Below are positions 47,016 through 52,508 of a stretch of 52,508 nt of DNA, in pieces. A program made the translations under genes and the position numbers. Source of the stretch: a virus. Taxonomy: Duplodnaviria > Caudoviricetes. The stretch covers positions 1 through 52,508 of the IMG/VR virus record IMGVR_UViG_3300032342_000012; one strand, written 5' to 3'. The notes under the pieces are model-generated. The model saw only the letters and a list, made by a program, of their open reading frames with translations. It ran no database searches and had not been told where the DNA came from. The stretch's first letter is position 1. The number at the start of each line of letters is the position of its first letter.

Positions 47016-48989
47016 TTATTCTCCAATTTGTTGGCGCAGATCATCAACGCCAACTACAGTGATTCCTTTTGCTCGTGCTTTGTCGAGCTTGCCGCTTCTC
47101 TCGTTTGGGTTCTTCGCAACAACACATGTTGTTTTGCTTGTGACACCATCGCCAACAACACCACCGAGGCTTTCGATTGCAGCCTGAAGATCTTTATCAC
47201 GGAACCCAGTGAACACATATACTTGTCCAGTTAGCGGACCACCAACACCACCAACTTTGTATTCTGACAGGGTAACAAACCCATTAATCTCTTCTAGGAA
47301 TAGTTTATATTGAGGATATCCATCAACAATTTTTTCGGCTGTTGCTTCTTCAAACCCATCAATGCGAACAATTCTATACTCATCGCAGAAGATTGTTTCA
47401 TCCCCTTGTACTGTTTCCCACAATTTCAACAATTTTCGTGTTCCAACTCCACGTCCGAACAATCCCGTGGCTGCCATTAGCACTGTTGGTTGAATGTGAT
47501 TCAATTTAGCACGAATACTAGTATAGATCTTTTTACCGTTCTCACCAACGATATTCGTAAGTTGTCTCTCACTTGCCTTAATAATTGATACAGGACCTTT
47601 AACTCCAGCATCGAACAGTTTACGAATGTTTCCTTCTTTGAGGCCGTCAACACCAATCGTTGTGAAGAAACTTAGTGTTTTCTGGACGGCAATCTCGGGA
47701 TGGTCCGATACAAGATATGCATCAACCATTGTATCTGTCCATTCCCATTCCCCGAGTTTCCAGAACTCTTTGTTCAGCCAATCGGGATAATCGTCCACTG
47801 GCATTGGCGCGACAACATCTGTAATGAAAGGAATCACATCACCAGATCTTGTGATCTTTATTCGTGCTCCAGGACCGATCTCATTGTCTCGAATAAATCC
47901 AGCATTGAATCCAGTTGCTCGAGAGATTGTCACACCGACAAGATCGACAGGATCCATGACAACTGTTGGTTTTAGGTAACCAGTCTTTGACACATTCCAC
48001 TCAACTGCACGTACGGTTGTGATAGCAAGGTTTGACTCATCAGCAACTTTGTACTTCCGAGCATACTCAGGATCAAGTGTATCGGCTGTTTGTTTCAAAT
48101 TCTCTCGTCCACGATTGAGATCAATTACAATCCCATCAAGTTCATACGGGCTAGTATTTTTGAGGATCTCAAGGTTTTTTGTTAGAACCTCATCAGTTAG
48201 ACTTTCGCCTTCAGCCTTGAAGTGATTAGGAATCTTAAACCCGTTGCTTATCAAGATATTGAGTTGTTCATCTTTAGGCATAGTTGGACTATCAATTAGA
48301 TCGTAGGCAACTATGTCAAGAAATGGAAGAGCTGGACTACTGTCTGATGCGTTCATCAAACCAGATACCATATTCCTCGGATTTTTATACTCTCTTTTTG
48401 CAGCCTTACACGCTGAATCGAACATACTCTTCTTAACAATCACCTCGCCTCGAACAGCACGAATTTTTCCTGGATTGACTGACTTAGGAAAGTCGATATA
48501 CTTCATGTGTCGAGTGTTATCAGCACCCTCTGTACCGGATCTACCTTTGGAAAATGCTGCTGTAAACTGACCACTTTCATTGTAGATTAGGAGAATGCTG
48601 TTACCATCAAGCTTTTCAGTGATGATAAACTCTTCATTGACTAGATCGTGTTTGGAGACCCAATATTGTGCCTCACCTTCATAGATTTGAATTAATCCAC
48701 CCATTGCATATGGGAGATCAACCTTACCACCACGTGTCTCACTTCCAATGATTGAGACGTCTTGTTTTATTGCGGTGAGATATCGCTCAAGAGCATCAAA
48801 CTCTTCATCGATAATCAGTGATTCTTGTTCGCTGTTATAGTAAATCTCTTTGGCGACAAGATATAAATTCTTTAGTTCATCTTCAGTACAGTCAGTAAAT
48901 GATGTTACTTTAAGTATGAACAATTCTCGTGCTAGTTTACCAGCTTCATCGGTACTGTTTATCATCTTTTTCTCGTCTAGATGCAACAT
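47016..48989 (-). CDS. ligA: NAD-dependent DNA ligase with BRCT domain, no Zn finger
   Basis: YY..D..FD (domain Ia), EKLDG, RGE, NPRN, DGIVI, RATGFN, RSGDVIP, HhH repeats, BRCT VFTG. Confidence 0.93.
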   Translation of the reverse strand: MLHLDEKKMINSTDEAGKLARELFILKVTSFTDCTEDELKNLYLVAKEIYYNSEQESLIIDEEFDALERYLTAIKQDVSIIGSETRGGKVDLPYAMGGLIQIYEGEAQYWVSKHDLVNEEFIITEKLDGNSILLIYNESGQFTAAFSKGRSGTEGADNTRHMKYIDFPKSVNPGKIRAVRGEVIVKKSMFDSACKAAKREYKNPRNMVSGLMNASDSSPALPFLDIVAYDLIDSPTMPKDEQLNILISNGFKIPNHFKAEGESLTDEVLTKNLEILKNTSPYELDGIVIDLNRGRENLKQTADTLDPEYARKYKVADESNLAITTVRAVEWNVSKTGYLKPTVVMDPVDLVGVTISRATGFNAGFIRDNEIGPGARIKITRSGDVIPFITDVVAPMPVDDYPDWLNKEFWKLGEWEWTDTMVDAYLVSDHPEIAVQKTLSFFTTIGVDGLKEGNIRKLFDAGVKGPVSIIKASERQLTNIVGENGKKIYTSIRAKLNHIQPTVLMAATGLFGRGVGTRKLLKLWETVQGDETIFCDEYRIVRIDGFEEATAEKIVDGYPQYKLFLEEINGFVTLSEYKVGGVGGPLTGQVYVFTGFRDKDLQAAIESLGGVVGDGVTSKTTCVVAKNPNERSGKLDKARAKGITVVGVDDLRQQIGE

Positions 48990-49027
48990 GATATTCTCTT
49001 TTAAATTAAATCTCCACTTGAAAGAGT

Positions 49028-49056
49028 ATTATACATCAATTCTTAACAAACGTCAA
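49028..49056 (-). promoter_or_regulatory. sigma70-type promoter for the ligase operon
   Basis: TTGACG-17 bp-TATAAT. Confidence 0.8.
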
Positions 49057-49061
49057 CAGTT

Positions 49062-49418
49062 TTAGCGGATCAACCAAGATTCAGAGTCGTTGTCAATCTT
49101 GTTCCAACCATCAAAGACAAGTTTTAACGTAATTTCTTTATCATCACGGTCGACCTTCTGCAACCAACATCCAATCAGACTGTCCACATGTAACGTTCGT
49201 TTAATTGTAACATCGAACTTACACGTTGCATTCCACAGGCTTTGATTATAATCATTGTATACGTCTTCGATATATTGTTCAAATAGTTTGTACGTCTCTT
49301 CGTCACATAACGAAACGGTAATAACAACTGAACTGTAAGATATAGATGAAACATAACCACCAAAGGCAATAGTAGTTTTGGTACGTCCAAAGTCTTTAAA
49401 CTCGATTAGATCAGTCAT
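49062..49418 (-). CDS. Hypothetical protein
   Basis: 118-aa ORF in an operon. Confidence 0.6.
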   Translation of the reverse strand: MTDLIEFKDFGRTKTTIAFGGYVSSISYSSVVITVSLCDEETYKLFEQYIEDVYNDYNQSLWNATCKFDVTIKRTLHVDSLIGCWLQKVDRDDKEITLKLVFDGWNKIDNDSESWLIR

Positions 49419-49420
49419 TG

Positions 49421-50002
49421 TTATGAACCGGTAGAAAACCCAATTGAGGTAATACCATCTCTTACCTGTAGTTCTACGAACGATTCGAGGAAAACGTGAT
49501 GGAAATCACCAGTGTGTTTGATAGCCTTATCAAATTCCTTCCATGCATCAAGGTAAGTTGGATTTTCATAAGTGTTACTGGAGAATGCTTCTGTACCACA
49601 CATGTCGTAAACAAAACGAACTTTCTTACCAAATCTCTCTGTACCAATTAACACAGATGTGATATTAGAAACAGACCAAATTGCTTTAGTAATGCCATGC
49701 TCTTTCCCGAGCTTGTGCAAAGCAATATATTCATCTGCATCTTTTTTTACTTCCTCATCATAATATTCGTTTGATTTTGTTTGTTCTACAGAATTTAGTT
49801 CTAGTTTGGTATCCCTACAGACTACAGCCGTAAGATCAATTGAATATTGTGGAAGTGTCATCTGAAATGCATCTTCAACCATGCGTCGTATTGTATCATC
49901 GTTGTTATGAATCCATTCATAATTATAATTGACTGGATCGAAGTTATTCATTTCTGGTCCTTCAATTTCCATATGAATCTCGACAAAATATTTGCGTTTC
50001 AT
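49421..50002 (-). CDS. Hypothetical phage protein (C-terminal GDxHHxFxE..GS)
   Basis: Start moved to ATG 50002 with a GAGGAG RBS. Confidence 0.7.
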   Translation of the reverse strand: MKRKYFVEIHMEIEGPEMNNFDPVNYNYEWIHNNDDTIRRMVEDAFQMTLPQYSIDLTAVVCRDTKLELNSVEQTKSNEYYDEEVKKDADEYIALHKLGKEHGITKAIWSVSNITSVLIGTERFGKKVRFVYDMCGTEAFSSNTYENPTYLDAWKEFDKAIKHTGDFHHVFLESFVELQVRDGITSIGFSTGS

Positions 50003-50012
50003 GTTTGACTCC

Positions 50013-50264
50013 TCAGTTATTTGATTGGTCAGCATCAATGACCGCTTTGACTGCACGCCGTATCTGCTCGACTGTGAAGTGCTTTGGTTCGATTGATGAT
50101 TCGTACACCACAAAGCTATCCTCAACGCCCCACCTAAGAATAGCCTTTCTAGCAGAGACTTTCTTTACTCGTCGACGTAGCGCCTTTCGAAGGCGATGCC
50201 TAGCTGGTCTTCCACTATTACCACTACCTAGCCACATTTTTCTATCGAAGTACTTCACTGTCAA
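50013..50264 (-). CDS. Small Arg/Lys-rich protein
   Basis: GTG start with AGGAG RBS; RHRLRKALRRRVKK. Confidence 0.55.
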   Translation of the reverse strand: MTVKYFDRKMWLGSGNSGRPARHRLRKALRRRVKKVSARKAILRWGVEDSFVVYESSIEPKHFTVEQIRRAVKAVIDADQSNN

Positions 50265-50282
50265 TTCTCCTATACACCTTGT

Positions 50283-51107
50283 TTATACTGCTACGTCCAA
50301 TTTGATTGCTGGATGTGACAAATAATTTTCAACAACAAAGTCTTCATACTTAAAATCGTCAATGTCTATCACGCTACGGTTGAATTTGAAGTGTGGTGAT
50401 GGATTTGGTATTCTTGTAATCTGTTCTTTAAGTTGCTCAATATGGTTCTCATAGATGTGGACATCACCACCATTCCAGGTTAGTTCACCAGGTAGCAAAC
50501 CTGTTACATGAGCAACCATTCTCAGGAGGAAACTATACTGAACAATGTTAAATGGCACACCAAGCCCAACGTCACATGATCGTTGGTTGACTAGAAGTGA
50601 TAGTTTTCCATTACCAACCCAAAATTGAAACGAGTAATGACATGGTGGTAGTTTTTGTTGTGGTAGTAACTCGGGGTGCCATGCTGTGACTAATAATCTT
50701 CGGTCATTTGGATTATTTTTCAATCGTTCAATTATTGTACCTAGCTGATCAATAGGACCATTTTTAGATGGCCACTTGCGCCACAACACACCATATACTG
50801 GACCAAGATCGCCCGTTTCGGGGTCGGCCCATTCTTGCCAAATTGTTGTTCCTGTTTTTCTGAGATCCCACTCATTCCCACTACCAGAAATCATCCACAA
50901 AAGTTCGTGAATGATACTTTTTGTGTGGACCTTTTTAGTTGTTAGTAAAGGAATTGTTCCATCACTAAGATCGAATTTCATTTGGTATCCAAATACACTA
51001 TACGCACCGACTCCGGTACGATTTGGTTTTAGAATGCCGTTAGCGATAATGTGACTAACGAGATAACGATACTGATCGTCGTGATAATTGTAAGTGACTT
51101 TATCCAT
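50283..51107 (-). CDS. thyA: Thymidylate synthase
   Basis: NRTG, PLLTTKK, ELLW, LGPVYG, PPCH, QRSCD, FN, HIYENH. Confidence 0.96.
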   Translation of the reverse strand: MDKVTYNYHDDQYRYLVSHIIANGILKPNRTGVGAYSVFGYQMKFDLSDGTIPLLTTKKVHTKSIIHELLWMISGSGNEWDLRKTGTTIWQEWADPETGDLGPVYGVLWRKWPSKNGPIDQLGTIIERLKNNPNDRRLLVTAWHPELLPQQKLPPCHYSFQFWVGNGKLSLLVNQRSCDVGLGVPFNIVQYSFLLRMVAHVTGLLPGELTWNGGDVHIYENHIEQLKEQITRIPNPSPHFKFNRSVIDIDDFKYEDFVVENYLSHPAIKLDVAV

Positions 51108-51502
51108 TTGTGATGTTCCTTTATGTTTTGATTTAGTCTATTGATATTTTCGGTTGTATAGTTTGACCAGCTTTCAATATACGCTGTCTGAGCTAATACG
51201 TCTCTATCGACATACACAGAAAGATCGCGCAACAATTCAATTAGGTCGTAATACTTTCCATCCTCAGCACGGAATGAGACACCTTTTGATGGACTAACTG
51301 TTCCAGGAGTTCCGACTTTGACTGCAAGTTCTCCAATATATGGAACAAATGCTCGTTGCATTACTTCTTTCTTAAACTTTCCACCAGTTGGATCTCGTTC
51401 CCATTCATCAACCGGAACCGGCTCAAGTCGTTCACCGCTTTGTTCCATCATATGAGCAATGGATTTTAATGTGGATTCAGGTAATTGTTGTTCTTCTGCC
51501 AT
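51029..51502 (-). CDS. Hypothetical protein with a C-terminal TM anchor
   Basis: Start MAEEQ (AAGGGA RBS); the TM tail overlaps the thyA 5' end by 79 nt. Confidence 0.6.
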   Translation of the reverse strand: MAEEQQLPESTLKSIAHMMEQSGERLEPVPVDEWERDPTGGKFKKEVMQRAFVPYIGELAVKVGTPGTVSPSKGVSFRAEDGKYYDLIELLRDLSVYVDRDVLAQTAYIESWSNYTTENINRLNQNIKEHHKWIKSLTIITTISIVISLVTLSLTAF

Positions 51503-51534
51503 AGTTATTCCCTTTAAACAGATCAATCTTATAG

Positions 51535-51563
51535 ATCTTACTACATATTAAAAAGGTTATCAA
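51535..51563 (-). promoter_or_regulatory. sigma70-type promoter
   Basis: TTGATA-17 bp-TAAGAT. Confidence 0.55.
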
Positions 51564-51575
51564 CGTGGACTTTAA

Positions 51576-51758
51576 TTAAAGGACTTCGAAAAGATCCGAC
51601 TCACTAACCCATTTCAAAGGGGTTGATGCGTGAACTGGTTTGATTTCAATGAGTGTTTTGATTACTTCTTTTCCAGAAGCTGAATGTGATGTCTTTTGAG
51701 CAATACGGCCTGTCTTAACGACCTCCACATTTTCATATATATAACTCTTTTCCAACAT
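51576..51758 (-). CDS. Hypothetical phage protein
   Basis: 60 aa (EVVKTGRIA...EIKP...KWV); GAGG RBS. Confidence 0.65.
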   Translation of the reverse strand: MLEKSYIYENVEVVKTGRIAQKTSHSASGKEVIKTLIEIKPVHASTPLKWVSESDLFEVL

Positions 51759-51793
51759 TGTTGACCTCATAAATACATGTGTTAGGAGACAAT

Positions 51794-52508
51794 ATGACTA
51801 CTAGAAAAACAACCGAGCAGTTTATAATAGAATCTCGTACAATACATGGAAATATTTATGAATACAACCACGTGAAATACGTAACAGCACACAAAAAGGT
51901 TAAAATCAATTGTCCTATTCATGGTATATTCGAACAAATGCCAAATTGTCATCTTCATTATAAACAAGGATGTCCTAAATGTGGTGTTAAAAAGTCGCAC
52001 TCCAAGACAACATTAACAAAGGACAAGTTCATTGTTAGAGCGTGTAATATACATGGCAACAAGTATGATTATAGTCAGATAGTTTATATTGATTACAATA
52101 CACCTATTGAGATAATCTGTGATTGTCATGGATCGTTTCTTCAAACACCCAGCGTTCACCTTCGAGGCTCGGGTTGTTCTGTGTGTGGTTATGCTTCTAA
52201 TAAGATAGGGACGGACGAGTTTATAAGAAGAGCAACACAAATTCATGGCACTAAGTACAATTATGATTTAGTTGAATTCGAACGAATTGACAGAAAAATT
52301 AAGATAGTCTGTCCAAATCATGGATTATTTTTACAACAACCACAATCACACTTGATAACAAAAGGTTGTCCACAATGTTCTAATGAAAAGAAAAGCGGTG
52401 GATTCTCCAATCAATATTTTGTGTTGTACCCCGAAGATAAGACACTAGATGCAATTGTCTACGTTGTTGAGTTATTATGTGACAATGAAAAATTTCTCAA
52501 GGTTGGTA
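51794..52508 (+). CDS. Homing-endonuclease-like protein with three DUF723/CapR-type Zn-ribbon repeats, 3'-truncated; absent from the ORF track
   Basis: AGGAG RBS; MTTRKTTEQFI..HGNIYEY..Y......V.I.CPIHG.F.Q....H...GCPKC pattern x3, followed by IVYVVEL..FLKVG (start of a GIY-YIG-like domain). Confidence 0.8.
   Translation, partial: MTTRKTTEQFIIESRTIHGNIYEYNHVKYVTAHKKVKINCPIHGIFEQMPNCHLHYKQGCPKCGVKKSHSKTTLTKDKFIVRACNIHGNKYDYSQIVYIDYNTPIEIICDCHGSFLQTPSVHLRGSGCSVCGYASNKIGTDEFIRRATQIHGTKYNYDLVEFERIDRKIKIVCPNHGLFLQQPQSHLITKGCPQCSNEKKSGGFSNQYFVLYPEDKTLDAIVYVVELLCDNEKFLKVG

Noticed and set aside
26834-51107. Inteins or introns in helicase, RNR, topoisomerase, ligase or thyA
   Set aside because: The ORFs are continuous and of normal length, with no C...HN-C/S/T splice junctions or LAGLIDADG blocks noticed.
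51782-52246. Minus-strand ORFs 51782..52000 and 52013..52246
   Set aside because: Antisense shadows of the + strand Zn-ribbon endonuclease gene.
1-52508. Stop-codon reassignment as in some large phages
   Set aside because: Very long ORFs and all core enzymes are intact in the standard code, and TAA, TAG and TGA are all used as apparent stops.

Overview
52.5-kb segment of a large (probably jumbo) T4-related myovirus genome. It is AT-rich, reads intact in the standard genetic code, and most genes are on the - strand. The left part (~0-30 kb) is a late/structural block: M15 peptidase, holin-like protein, four large baseplate/tail proteins (366, 614, 2900 and 2005 aa; the last has gp6-like termini), gp25, gp5/VgrG-like hub, a degenerate 2OG-Fe(II) oxygenase-like protein, a retropepsin-like protease, a PD-(D/E)XK nuclease, putative internal head proteins and a DnaB/gp41 helicase. 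Many of these genes follow T4-type TATAAATA/TAAATA motifs. The right part (~30-52 kb) carries replication, nucleotide-metabolism and accessory genes under near-consensus sigma70 promoters: Rnl2-like RNA ligase, dCMP deaminase, class II RNR, split topoisomerase II, primase, P-loop kinase, ClpP, DHFR, Acb1-like 2H phosphodiesterase, NAD-dependent ligase, ThyA, a SET-domain protein and a truncated zinc-ribbon homing-endonuclease-like gene. Two observations stand out. (1) A circularly permuted two-piece tmRNA gene (tag ANDAFYFEELGLAA) lies directly upstream of, and co-oriented with, the phage clpP. (2) Two small domain types appear to be inserted into each other, Russian-doll style, about six levels deep in the gp6-like protein and recur in the neighbouring virion proteins. 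All calls come from motifs read by eye; no database searches were run.
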